Source: Nymphaea colorata
Taxonomy: Eukaryota
Direction of reading: 5' to 3'
Length of the DNA stretch: 64,000 bases
NCBI RefSeq assembly: GCF_008831285.2
Contig: NC_045138.2
Location: 2,728,001 to 2,792,000, forward strand
The position numbers and the translations under genes were made by a program. How positions within the stretch are numbered: the first letter of the stretch is position 1; every line of letters begins with the position of its first letter. Below, piece after piece: positions 44,681 through 61,300 of this stretch. The notes under the pieces are model-generated. The model saw only the letters and a list, made by a program, of their open reading frames with translations, was not told the origin of the DNA and ran no database searches.

Positions 44681-45105
44681 TCGGGCTGCACAACCAGAGC
44701 CAACTCGTGTTTGACTCGTTTATAAACGAACCTAGTTCATGCTTACATTACAAACATATTTGAAATGATAAATGAGTCGAGTTCGAGTATCAGGAATTCG
44801 ACTCTCAACTCGCAAACCGATACTCTATATAATATTGCTAAAACCGATTCAATGGTTTTAACTTTTAAGATAAAAACAAATTTTCACATGTTACAGGAGT
44901 TCAATGAGTTACATGAGGTAACATTTACACAAGTTAAACAGATTAATAATTACACAAGTTAAGTTAAAGCTCAAACGAGTTAAATGTGTTAAAGGGTTGA
45001 GTTCAATATCGATCTTGTGTAGTGAGTCGAGCTCGAGCTTGCTATAAGGAGCTCAACTCAAACTCAAGGTGAGCTCGAGCTCAACGTGGCTCATGTGCAG
45101 CCTTA
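44681..45105. mobile_element. 425-bp hAT-type MITE
   Basis: TIRs TCGGGCTGCACA / TGTGCAGCCTTA. 8-bp TSD gatctcac (44673-44680) / gatctgac (45106-45113). CTCGAG subterminal repeats. Confidence 0.85.
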
Positions 45106-45439
45106 GATCTGACGTCCAAGATTTCAGATCATTTTAAGCTCATGGATTTGATGAATGGAAATGGCAAGTTCTAAGTGGACTGACTGAGTGAAGCGTGCAG
45201 ACCCCATTTCCACATTTTGTATCTTGATTTTCTTATCATGCCGAAGCGAACTAAGATGGCGCCACATGAAGACTCTGTGCAACTTTTGTAGGAAGGAAAA
45301 TGTGAATTTGCCTATAGTGGAGAAAAAAGAATGTTGGACAATTAAATAAAAAGTAGTTTATAAGAAACTTTCCTTCATTTCTCCTCCATCCAAAAAATAA
45401 AAAATCTTCAACCAGAAAATTAACCGACCGGGAACTGAA

Positions 45440-46170
45440 GAATTTTCCGGGATAAGATCTCCATCATTCAAACATGGGACAATTTAACTTTTACGTAGAC
45501 GACCTTTTTGTGTGGAAAAATTGATCGAGAGAACAAATGGGACTCATAAAGTCATAAGAGTAACTTTTTTCTTTTGCTTTTGACAAATTATTTCTTTTCT
45601 TGTCCAACTCTTTTTATTACCTTGGGAAAGTTGGCTATCTATGTGATTGTAATCCCTGTCTTGGCCTAAGAGAGGAGTGTGCGAGGAGTGGATGATTATC
45701 CACGATAACAACTCCCATTCAAACATAGAAGACTTTAACTTTGATGTAGAAGGCCTTTTTTGGATATGTAACAGACACTAAGGCCCGGTCTGGGACAAGG
45801 ATTCTCCTTCCTGACTTGGCCTAAGAGAGAAGTCCGGGCAGAAAGAATAGTTTTTCAGGATAACAACTCTCCATCAAACATAGGAGAATTTAACTTTTCT
45901 TTTTTGTAGACGGCCCTTTTAAAATTTAACAGACAATAAGGCCAGGTCTGGGACAGGATGAAGGAAAGTCTGCGCGGAGTGAATAAATTTTTCCAGGATA
46001 ACAACTCCCATTCAAACATGAGCGAATTTAACTTTTCTGTAGACGGGAAAAAAACTAGTGAAAAGAAATGGGACTCATAAAGCGACTTTTTTCTTAACTT
46101 TGGACAAATTATTTGTTCGCGTCAGACTTTTTAGTTTTTACTGCATTGGAAAAGTTATCTATCCACGTGG
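45440..46170. repeat. Irregular degenerate tandem repeat (about four copies of gataacaactcccattcaaacat...aatttaactt...gtaga)
   Basis: Core motif near 45450, 45703, 45859 and 45997. The block aaatgggactcataaag...gacaaattattt occurs at ~45535 and ~46066. Confidence 0.75.
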
Positions 46171-46593
46171 GGCTTGTTTGTTATTTCCTCTTTTTTCGCG
46201 TTGGCTTTTGCACACATTCCTACATGCAAAATAGGATCGGGACGGGATATGCATGTCCAAAAATCAAATGTCAAACAAACAATTTATCACCGGATCTTAC
46301 TACTAGTTTTCTTAATAACTCAAAGGCATAGCTAAGTAGTCGGAGTGACTGATAGGTTGGTAAAAGTCTATCATTAGTTGGATTATGATAGCACTGAGCA
46401 AGCATCAATTGATTGAGGAGTATCTAATTGGTGTAGCTCGACCTCGTGTTATAGTTAGTTAATGCGGTTTTAAACCGCTCTTATGTATCAAAAAAAAAAA
46501 AAAAAAAAAGAGAGGCTTTAGCCATTCAAAGTATCACATCTACCCCTCTTAACTACCACTCTCTTTCTAATGGGTAGCGCAATTGGTCAGGAC

Positions 46594-46788
46594 CAGGGAC
46601 GGAGGGAGGGGAGGGGGCGCCTAGGCCACGACCCCACCCTAGTCAATGAAAAAAAAAATACATTGAAAAAAAATAAATTTTTTTAATTGCACTATCTATT
46701 TTTTTTATTTGAATTCAATTTGGCTCTGCCTGGATCCAGAGGTTGGACTCTCGGTCCGCCCCTAAAGAAAATCCTGGCTTCACCCTTG
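46594..46788. mobile_element. 195-bp hAT-type MITE
   Basis: Ends CAGGGACGGAG / CTTCACCCTTG. Perfect 8-bp TSD gtcaggac at 46586-46593 and 46789-46796. Confidence 0.8.
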
Positions 46789-48304
46789 GTCAGGACGAGT
46801 GGTGTATTGTATCCGCATCCTTGGTTTAATTCCTTAATTATGTTGTCCTAATGGTATTGATGACTCTTGATTTTGAAATTGTGAACGCCACTCTAACACC
46901 AATTGGACCATTTTTTTTTCTCTCCCTTTGTATATATGTGGGCATGTGTGATGAGAAAAAAAAAAAAAGAGGAAGAGGGTAGGGAGGTTGATGCACAGGC
47001 AAATGCATGCATGCAATGGATATGAACTTACGTGTACTTTGTAACAAATATTTATATGCGTCACCACATAGAACAGGTTCAACTTAACCTTCACTGACAG
47101 CCTGAACCCAACGTCGAGTGGACCTAGCTGGCAACACTATAGCTGGCAACACTAGGGCTCCAATTTGTTTAATGCGTTCTCTTTAAAAGAAAGGCATTTA
47201 GTGTAATTACTACATAATTTCACTTTTATGACAAACATTTTTGTTTCATAGTTTATAAAAAAAAAGACACAGAAATGCTTCATAAGCATAAGACTTTATC
47301 TATTATTTGATAATAATAATAATAATAATAGTAAGTACTAAAATAATAAATAACAAACCAAAAATTTATTCTCAATCTTGCACACAAAGCTTCCATAGAA
47401 AAAAAAAAGGTTTTTGTAGGAGAACGGCAGCTACGGACAAGCATGGGCATTGGCCTGGCCCGGGTCAATAATGATTTGGGCTCAGGCTGGCCAGACATCT
47501 AAACCCAAACTAACTTGACATTTAAAACTTGAATCCAAGCCCGTCTTATTAAATTAAAAAATACATATTTTTAAACCCCATCTTATGCTCGGGCCAATTA
47601 AATTAAAAGACACATGTTTTTAATATAAAACAATATGTAATTACAATTAATTATAATAAAATATTGTAATTATATATAAAAATTAATAAAATATATATTA
47701 AAAATATTATCAGTCCAATCGAGCTTAATGAAGCCCATTTAGCTTAGTGTCGCCATTTAGCTTAGTGTGGAGTCAAAATAGAATAACGAGTATCGGACCA
47801 CACCCCAAAAAATAGAAGAGAGAGAGAGATTTGGAAAAGACAAACATTTTTTTTTCTCTCACAAGGTCTAGGAAAATAGACGTCAGAAGCATACTTGAAA
47901 AAAAAAATTAGTGAGTAATAAAAGCATTTAAGGAACAAAGTTGAAGGGTTTTTTGATTGCCCTTTATTAAACCTCCTTATGATTTGAGATACATCAATTT
48001 ATTTAAGATTATATTGTAAGTTTTTATCGTGAATTTATGTCATATCATAAAAAGTGCGTCACATCAGATCCATTCAAAATCAGATATGGAGTAATCAAAT
48101 GTCCCTTACTCTCGAGCTATGTTTGTCGCCGGAGAGTGAGGACATCTCACTTTTAACTGATTGGGAACAGGTGGACAAAGACGTCCCGTTTAATTCGTTT
48201 CGAAAACGACGAATCAAACACGTTCCAAGAGGTCATCTGATATGAAATGCATCCCACTTGAGTCCCGAGACCAGCTTTGACTAGAAGTCCACGCTTTGAC
48301 GAAG

Positions 48305-48705
48305 GTGGGCCCCGCGGATGAGGTCACACACGTCGAAGCATCTCGACCGTCAAAAGCTCCCAAAGGCCCACGCGCCCTTTCGCGTGATCCCGTGGAGCCG
48401 ACCGCATGCCTGAGCCACTGGCCAGTAAAATATCTCCTCACCAGCGGATGAATGTAAAGGATAAGCCGCTGTTTAAATAGAAGAAGTATGTTTCCTTTCT
48501 GTTTTGAGTGCAGATTTTTTTGCCCCGTCTTTTGCCGTGGCATAGAAAGGCTCTCTAGACTTTACATGTAGGTACTCTTGAATTGCACGTGGTGTACAAT
48601 TCCTTTTCCCGCCTTGGTTCCCGCTTTCGAGTACAAGGAGATCGCGAAGCTTTCTTTTTGACAATAGTTTATTATTAGTACAATATTATTTTAAAGACTA
48701 TAAAA
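48305..48705 (+). promoter_or_regulatory. Putative cytochrome c proximal promoter: site II (TGGGCC) elements, G-box, TATA box
   Basis: GTGGGCCC 48305-48312, GGCCCA 48365-48370, CACGTG 48586-48591, TATAAAA 48699-48705 (~130 bp upstream of the ATG). Site II elements are known from plant respiratory-chain gene promoters. Confidence 0.5.
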
Positions 48706-48826
48706 GGGGGTTCGGTGTTCTCTGCGCCACCGCCGGTGGTTTCGGTTCATTACCTCCGTCGTCTCTCGCTTCTTGGTAATCTTTGGAGAGAAGATAGCTT
48801 TCAGGGTTAGGGCTAAGGGATTCTGA

Positions 48827-52358
<3,532 letters not shown>

Positions 52359-53514
52359 TTTAGCCTCAGTAGTTTCCTACTTTGCATTCAGCGGGCAAAA
52401 ATATTTTGAATGTTGAGAAACTATTTTTTCGCAATAGACGCCCTGTGGTACGTGCATACTCTCCAAGTGGCGTTGGGCTGCCCCATCCTTTGATGCATGT
52501 TTCCTGAACTCGTATGCTTTTATCTTCATCGTATGTTCAAGGACTCCTGTTGTCACACATCTGAAGGAACTTTGAATGTTTCTAAATCCTTTAACGTTGA
52601 GAACTGCAATGTTTTATTATGTAGTAGCTGATAATAAACAAGGAAAGAGTTATGCATGTTGCCTTTCAGCTTTGGATGGTAGTTGGGACTATTGCTTCCT
52701 TCCTTTCAGGGTTGGAAACACTGGTTAAGTGGTTTGGTCTTTATAAAATTGTATACTTTGGATACATCTATCTAGTTTTTTCAAGGATGTCCTGTGTTTT
52801 TTGACTACCGCCAACCCTGTACAAGGTAGTCGATGTTCAAAGCCATGACCAAGCGGTGAGCTCATGGCTGATTCTGGAGACATCACGTTGCGTTATGGTT
52901 GACGTCCTGAGCTAAAAACCCCGATCTATCATTGAAATCCCAATTCTTAAGCGAGAGAGGAACAAGGATTTGTCTAACCAGAAAGGACGATTCTAGAATC
53001 GTGAGATGTTAATCCAATCCAGTCAGAAAACCTTTCGAACTCGCTCATTTAATATTTAGGGCTGGAAATGCTATTTTTGGATTCTTTGCTTGTTTTTATT
53101 GGTTCCAGTTATAGGATCTTTTGTTGGTAGAAGCCGTGAGGGGCAACCTATTTAAGGGTATCTTTTATTCTTATTCCTTCGGGTGGCTGTGATCAACTTG
53201 TGGTTGGATTTTGGGTTCAGCTGGTTCGTTTTGTCTTGGTTCTTTTCTTTTCCAGTGTGCGGCCATATAATACTAATGAGCTGCTAATGCAGTTCGTCGA
53301 GTTCGAGCTGGTTTGGGACTGCTCGGTCGTTGTGATGTTGACGTTTCGATAGCTCCGCTTCTCTTTCTAGCCAAAGAGGTAGCCTCAAGATTCCGGAACT
53401 CGATTCTTTCACCTGCTGACTGGTTAGCAATGTCTTGCAATTTGATTGGGCCGGGTTAAAACCGTTCCAGTACCTTGCGATCTCTAGGTTGTCGCATTGC
53501 CTTGTCTGACTTGC

Positions 53515-53726
53515 GCCACTGAATAATAAGATATAGTGGCGAGGGCTTTACGAGCAACCGCCTGTAGCTTTTCCTGCCTGTCATCTTGGAAATGGATTCG
53601 CCGTCGTTTTGTGGTGCGGGTAACAATCGGCCACTGAATAATAGGATCTAGTGGCGAGGGCTTTGCGAGCCACCGTCCGTGGTTTTTCCTGCTTGTCATC
53701 TTGGAAATGGATTTGCCGTCGTTTTG
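53515..53726. repeat. Two ~115-bp tandem direct repeats within a probable retroelement remnant (~52890-53790)
   Basis: gccactgaataata.gat.tagtggcgagggcttt...gtcatcttggaaatggatt.gccgtcgttttg occurs at ~53515 and ~53630. Element ends and TSD are not resolved. Confidence 0.6.
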
Positions 53727-54739
53727 CGATGCGGGCAACAATCGCTTCGCTTGGCGAAACAAGGGGGACGATCCTAGTCAGGTAACGTATCTGGAACTGG
53801 AAAGCCAAATGTATGCAGGCAATAATCGGTCCAATTCGCACGAACTTGTAGTCGGGCCAAAACATATTTTAAGCTTCTCACCACTCTAAGTTGATCGAGG
53901 ACCATTTGACTTCGAGAGTCATGAAGCCACCCTGCGTCGTTCTTGGTTGCAATATGTCTTGTGGGCTCCAGAAACTGATGCCTCTTTCTCATGATAACAT
54001 CGTGCCAAACATGAACCCCAATATTACCTGCACCAAATTAACTCAGAAGCAGGTGAGCTACCAGCCTACCATATCAGACAATTGATAACAGGTCGTTAAA
54101 ATTTTTAGCTGCATTGTGGCATAGTCCATTATGTTGGAGTAATGGACGGTGAAGATCCCAAAATATGATTACCATTGAGCTGTACTGGGTATTGAAATGC
54201 CTCCACTTACGGGTTGGAAAAAATTGCAGTATCTTACCGGAGTTCTGGTCGTTTATATGCTTCCTTCCCTCCGAAAATCAACTCTTATAGAGAAGGAGCA
54301 GCCTGAGTCAATACTTACTGCAAGAATGGGCAAGTAAAATCAGTTTTAGTAAGGGCTTGGGGTTTCCGATTTGATGCGGAAAACATTCTGGCATTTGCAG
54401 GCTGCCAAAAAACAGGAACTAAGAAAGAATGACGGTTCGACCAGGATATGACAACAGGATAGTGTTAAATCCTCACTGTAAGCCAGAGTATACGTTATGT
54501 ATCGCATCAAAAAAGGTTATAACACATTCAGTTCCAACTTCCAAGACCAAAATCTGTACCGTTTCTTCTGTAACAACGAGATTAAACAGGCAGTGGACAG
54601 ATCATTCCTTCACACACACAAAAAAAAAGCAAGTAATCCACAACGTCTTCTGCCAGCACGATCAATGTCTCCACATATTCAGTTCCGATCTTAAACAGGT
54701 AACTAGTTGGGAGCACTGTCTGTATAAGGAGCTGACGCT

Positions 54740-55318
54740 TCATTTAAGGGGTCGTCTAAGACCCGGGATCTACAAAAGGCCAACTAAAGACTTTAAGTAA
54801 ATTCGTAGGGCTACAAAGAACTCGTATAAAGCAGCTAATGACTTGAAAGGAAGATAAGGGAAAAACAAACCATGTAACGGTAGCAACAATGTAACAGTAA
54901 TAATGATAAAGTATGATAAAAGTTCCAACAGTTCCCCAATTTGCCATCAAATCTGGAACCTGATGTTGGCACCAGTTCATAATAAAAGTCAAAGTGAAAG
55001 CCCCCTATGACAAAGCAATTTCAGTCAAGCAACGAGTCAACGACTGATCTACCATTTAGCATTATGTTAATTTGCTTTCTCGAGTAACCAAACACATGGA
55101 GAGAGAACTGGTACTCAGGATCCAACTCGCACCTCTATTTATGTTATCAGGATAGTCATAAAAAGCTCTCAGATAGAAAAGTAACTTTAACAAAATACAC
55201 CCAATCTCAAAACAAATTACATATAAAGATTATAACATGTCCCCTTCTACCTCTTTACATGTTAAAGCTCTACAATATTTTCTAGGAGCGATTACAAATT
55301 ACCGAAACTAGTATGCTG

Positions 55319-55357
<39 letters not shown>

Positions 55358-58300
55358 CTGGAAAAATTCATGTGTAAAGTTCCAGCCATTGCTGTCAAGG
55401 TTCGTCTTTCTTTCATAGGTGATGCAAGATGGAAGCATAATCAAATCATGTAATTGGATCTAGTTAGACTTTTGGTACTTGTTAAACGGATCCAGATCCG
55501 CAATCCATCACTTTCTCTATATAAAGGGACATGGGTCATTTTGTAACACAGTCATTCAGTTGAAAGAAATGAAAAGCAAGCTGTTTTGGTTAGTTTTCCT
55601 AGTTTTCTATGTTCTTCTTGTTCGTTAGATATTTGCTTGAGTTTTAGTTAGTTTAAGTTTAGTTTTAGGTTAGTTTTGAGTGCAGTTGGATTAAGATTCC
55701 TTAATCTTAATTATATTACATGAATTTGGTATCAGAGCGAGGATTTTACAAACATGAAAGACCAAATCTTGCTGCCGACAGTAGCAAGGCAGGAATCTGA
55801 TTTATCTTGTTTAAGACAATAAGTTGCTGCTTTTACAAGAAAAGTGGATGGATTGGAAGCCTCTCTCGATAGATTAATGGAAGAATTTAGAGAAATGTTC
55901 CGTCCGGCTCTGCAGAACGTGCAAATCGTTCATGGACTTGCTGTTGCAGACACCATCAGAGTCCCCCTGCGTTCGCCTAAAAGAAGAGGAGAACCAGCTG
56001 CTTTGTCTTCTTTCCATCGACAAACGGAATCTACAGCCGCAGGTTGACTGGAGGTGAGGAGTCCGGCAACCATTTCTTCGACTAGTGTGAAGATTAACAG
56101 CTAGAAAGTTGTTGATCCATGCTCGATTTGGGGGCAGAGGGTGTTGGAGACAACTGTCGGTCGTCAGTATGCTGGAATGCAATGGCAAACCTTCCTTTAA
56201 CTCAACAGCCTACGCCACCAGCAGCCAGCCTTGCCGTCGCCGTGGGTGGGCGGCCGGTGGCATGGGAGATGATGGGGACTCGGTTCCCAACCGGAGGAAG
56301 TGCGGAAAACGCAGTCGACAGTAGCAGAACCTTCACCTTTCCGCCTGCTCGTGTGAGAGACCTGGTGGCCCCGCCATCCAAACCAGCTCCGCCCATGGAA
56401 TCGTCGCCCGCTGATAGCTGCCTTCTGCCCTCAGACGGGATGGTTGGGCGGCGGTGGGTGCCCTGATTCCGCCCTCTGGTTTGCCCCTTCCACCTCTGTT
56501 TGAGGCAGAAAGAGGGAAACTCGAGCGGCACCTCGAGCTACCGCTCGAGGGCTTGGGTCGGTCCCTTTTGGGACCGGTTCAACCTGAACCGGGATTTGGA
56601 TCTGGTTCAGACCCGTATCGCCTGATTCACGGGTATAAAGGTTTGAATCTAGATCCAAACCAGTTCGTTCCATCATTTAAGACTGGATATGATTTGGGAA
56701 TGCCCATAAATCATGTCCAAGCTCGGGTTCCTTCTATTAAGCCACCGTCGAAGCCACCACCTTGATCATCATTAGAAGCAGACACCACTTTAACATCTGA
56801 GCGGTGAAACCTTTTGTTTAGCAGATCCAAACTTTGTCCAAACTCTCCAAGGTGAAGAATCATTTTGGCAGAATGAAAGATTTAAACTCGTCAAGGGTGA
56901 CCCTTCTTCAACTAGGGGAGTCTGATGCAAGATGGAAGCATAATCAAATCATGTAATTGGATCTATTTAGATTTTTGGTACTTGTTAAACGGATCCAGAA
57001 CCACAATCCATCACTTTCTCTATATAAAGGGACGTGGGTCATTTTGTAACACAGTCATTCAGTTGAAAGAAATGAAAAGCAAGTTGTTTTGGTTAGTTTT
57101 CCTAGTTTTCTCAGTTCTTCTTGTTCGTTAGATATTTGCTTGAGTTTTAGTTAGTTTAAGTTTAGTTTTAGGTTAGTTGTGAGTGCAGTTGGACTAAGAT
57201 TCCTTCATCTTAATTATATTGCATCAATAGGTTTACAAGAAACATAACACAAGAGTATGGAAATAGGTTGTGCAACAGTAATATCAAGAACTCAAAGTAT
57301 GACAATAGGTTTTGTAACCTTAATCTTAAAAGGATAAAAAAATGTACCTCAACACCACAAGGACCAATGCGATTACGAGAAATGAAGTTGAGCACAAGAG
57401 AAGCAAATTCATCATGAGCATCTTCCTGCAGATATTAAATCTTATAAACCAGTACTCAGAAACAACAATCTCAAAATTGGTAAGGTCCTTTGCAGTACGA
57501 ACCTGAATTGCATGTCCAGTATACCGCACGACAACCATTTGAAACTTCCCTTGCATCTGGCCAATGGTTAAGATTCTGCACATAAGTACATAATTAATTT
57601 ACTTTCTACTATTTCAATGAATAGGAGGCCTGTGTTTGCGAATAATGCCAAGTAACGACTTCCTTGCAGATTGGTAGCAAGGGAAAATAGTTGATAGAAA
57701 GAGATTTGAATAATGTGGAAGCATTCTGCCTTAGAGTGAAGCATCCATGCAAGCAGGTGTGGACAAAGCAGAAGCAAGAATGTCAGCTTGAGTAAATCAT
57801 GTGAGTTGTTCAGTAGAGGAGAAACTTGAACCAGAAAGACAATTAGTGGGTAAGAAATCTTCGATCATAACCAACTTCAATCTTTTGGAACAGAATGTCA
57901 CTTTTAGATTGTTAAAATTCGAACACAATAAAGAGGAATATCTGCAGTTACTTTCCTAGAAAAGATCTAGTTTACTGTTTCAGATCCTTCAGCTTTCCAT
58001 TGTTAAAATGTTGAACCAAGGCAACTCATTTAACTTTACTATACGACATGTTGGACCCTGGACAAGCCTACTGCATTGACGCCAGTAACAGAAAGCCTTT
58101 GGCGCCTCTAACGGCTTGTTTGGTTGGAGGAAAAGGGAGGGAAAGGAAGGAATTGAGCAATCCCTCCTTTGTTTGGTTGGCTAATTAGAAAGGAGGAAAA
58201 AGGAGAAAGTTTGTTTGGCTGTGAGGGAAGGGAAAGGAAAGGGACAGAAAGGGAAGGATAGTGTAGTGTAAATCCAATCCCTCCAAAATTGGAGGGATTG

Positions 58301-61300
58301 AGAAGGAAAAGAAAGAAAGGGAAGAGGAAGAGTTTTTTTTTTTTGCCCACAATACCCCTTCATGAGGACCCACGTCTGGAAGAAGAAACAGAAGAAGAAG
58401 GCCTCAAGCAAGGAAGAGCAAAGGAGAAAAAAAAAAACAAAGAAGAAGAAGAAGAAGAAAAGGAAGAGGAAGGCCTCCCATCTGCTGCAAGGAAGGTGCG
58501 TTTTTCTTCCATCGCCCGCTGCATCCATAACTCCTCCATGCTAATTGACATCAGGCTACCAGGTGAAAAAAATTCATGTATCATGGGACTCAAATCAAAG
58601 ATAGTCACCAGAAAATGACCACCTACAAGAGGCCCCAATATATATATATTTTTTTCTAATGACATGAAAAAGGGGGGGAAAGGAAGAAAGTACCAATGGA
58701 TGCAGTAAGCTAAGCAATAACTTTTTCTTTAACCCTTCAGCATAATGACTTGACATGTTAGTGGTTCGAAAAACAGTTTACTTAGATCAAACAACATTGC
58801 ATCCATGGAATCAGCTAAGGCAATGAAAATGGAACCCGTGTCTTAATTTTCATTGGAAATGGTTCAATGCAATTAGCCATTCATTACTACGGATAGTTGG
58901 ATATGGAATCTTTTGGTTGAGCACTGACAGCAAAGGAAGTTTCTAGAGATTAAGTCACAAAGGTTCTGCATGTATGTGTAAACTGTAAATAGGTCAAACA
59001 ATGAGCATTCTTTTATAATTTTCTGAAAAATGTATAAATTCTCTCTATCTCTATGTCACAACCATTTTCCCCTCCATCCCAACCCAATCCTTGACACCCA
59101 CATCAAGATAGAAAAATGCCCCTAATGCAAGAAGGAACCATATATAAATATACAATCAAGACCATGAAGAAAGCAAAAGATTACACAACCACCTTCTTAA
59201 CAGATAATAGATTTTTCTGTGTGTGCACATTTTAATTATTCATTCATGTAAAGTTTGTATCCATAAAGACGTAGCAGGTGTCTAACAATATATCCACATA
59301 ACTTTCAACTGTTCATTCTTTTACAGTTTGCATCCACAAAGAAGTAGCAGGTGTTTAAAAATATATCCACTCAAACTAAAGAGAAGAAGACAGAAATTTA
59401 ACTTATCCAATCTGTCGGTTCCTGCCAGCAATAACAGCTTTGGCACTGGACATGAAAGAAACTTGTCTGAAAGCCCTTCGTACCTGTTGCAGAGAATAAG
59501 ATGCTTTCAAGTATGCATGCGCATCCAGATATGCAACACAAATGGGAAAACATGCAAAGAGAACGCTACATGGAAGGGACTCTCTTTTAATTAGCAATAC
59601 ATGCCACAAAATTCAGCGAGTGAGATGTAAACGCAAGAAAAGAAGGGAGAAAGAAGAAAAAGTGTTTAACGTGGTTCAGCCGAAGCCTACATCCACGACT
59701 CTGCACTCTCTTAATGAACTTTGAGAGGTGCATGTTCCCTTATATTAGGACTTGCATTACATATCGTGTACTCATCTTTCTTAATCAAGTCCCTGATTTT
59801 TGGGACGTTAGTTACATTTGGTCTCTCAACTTTAGAATGTTTATCTCTACCTGTTATAGATAGAGATTCACCAAAATTGCAGGATTTTTGGAAGGTAGAT
59901 CTATTGTTCACACCAGTTGCTCTTTCTCTATCATGAGCTTCAACATGAGAGAGTAGTAACAGTAACAATCATCATACAAGACATTGGCATGGTCATAGAC
60001 AGAAAAGCAAGATCCCAAAGAAGTACAACATTATCACAATGCTCATCTTTGTTGGACTTCCAGAAGACATACTCACCTGTTAAGGCAATTTCAATGGGAT
60101 AATGATGATGAAAAAAAACTCATAAATTGTAATGCCATAGAAAGAAGCTCTTGTAGCACAAAATCAAGAAACATATTTTAAGACATAGCCACTACCGAAT
60201 TTCCAGCTATATAGTAGGTCACTGATTTTGGAAGAAAGAAGTTTCCAAATGAACTGAGGTTCTAAAAGAGGAGGAAGTATGAAACACACCAATTTGTCAT
60301 CCCATAGAAGCTGACATCTAACAAGAGGGAAAAAACGCCAACCCAGATAATGATTGTTGAAACTGACAAGACCACAGGAACCTGGAACAAGATGAACATA
60401 CAAGTGCTAACTCACCCATATAAAGCTTTTCACTCAGTTATGATACCCAGAAAGATTGACTCCCCAGGTTCAAAATTTTCAATAATAGTGTTATTCCTAG
60501 TCAAAGTCACAGACCTTGGCGGCTAGCACTACCTTTAAAGTTTATCTATATATAGCGTATTATCTACACCACATTGGGCCTCAAATGGCTAAGTTTAAAC
60601 CTTAGAGTTATAGGCTTCAACACACTCAGAAGCATAGAAGAAAAGCAGGAGGAGGAGGAGGACAAAGAAGAAAAGAAAGAAAAAACAGGAGGAAGAAGAA
60701 AAATGATGAAAAAGAAGAAAAGGAGGAAACTGGAAAAAATAAGAGAGCTATCTAATTTGATTACCTTTTTCTGGACAAATTTGAAAATAGTCTTTTCATT
60801 GACTCCACTAGACTCTATTTTGTTTGAACAACACCCATGCCTAAATAGGTTGTGAGGATGTTTCTGCCTTTTAAGTGCACATCCATATTACATGCCTGAT
60901 ATTGTGGAAAATCATACAGAATGAAAAACATCCTGCAAAAAAGCTGCCACTAAGGTGTGCAATTTTTGAAGCAAAATTATGTCAAATCTGCAGGCACTAT
61001 TTCAAATACAAATGAAATAAACCATTCAAAAAACCATCTCTCGGAAAAAAAAACTCTTTTTTTGACAAGAAAAATTAGCACTCACACAAAAATGGGTGAC
61101 ACAATCATATCGACATGGCTGCAATTGGCGAAGGTATTGGATATGGTAAAACATATTTTAGTATTATTTATATTTGAAAGCATACATAATATATAAATAC
61201 ATAATAAAAATATATTTATATAGAGATACAGATGGATCGGCCCAGCAACCCAGTTTTTCAAAATTGAACTGAACCTGTACCCACACCCATGTGACATGTC

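Noticed and set aside
38887..45105. One 6.2-kb element using the TIR at 38887 and the TIR at 45105
   Set aside because: The 45105 end pairs with 44681 through a 7/8 TSD, and the flank at 38879-38886 (atgcaatt) does not match gatctgac.
54756..54992. Hydrophobic 78-aa ORF as the PME1 terminal exon
   Set aside because: The expected C-terminus IPGLRRP is in a different frame after the acceptor at 54770. The ORF is mostly intronic.
55844..56765. Cluster of Pro-rich ORFs as host genes
   Set aside because: They lie inside the LTR element, are short and interrupted, and show no RT, integrase or protease motifs.
58108..58665. Lys/Glu-rich and Phe/Ser-rich ORFs (also 60574-60855)
   Set aside because: Low-complexity GAA/GGAAA tracts within PME1 introns.
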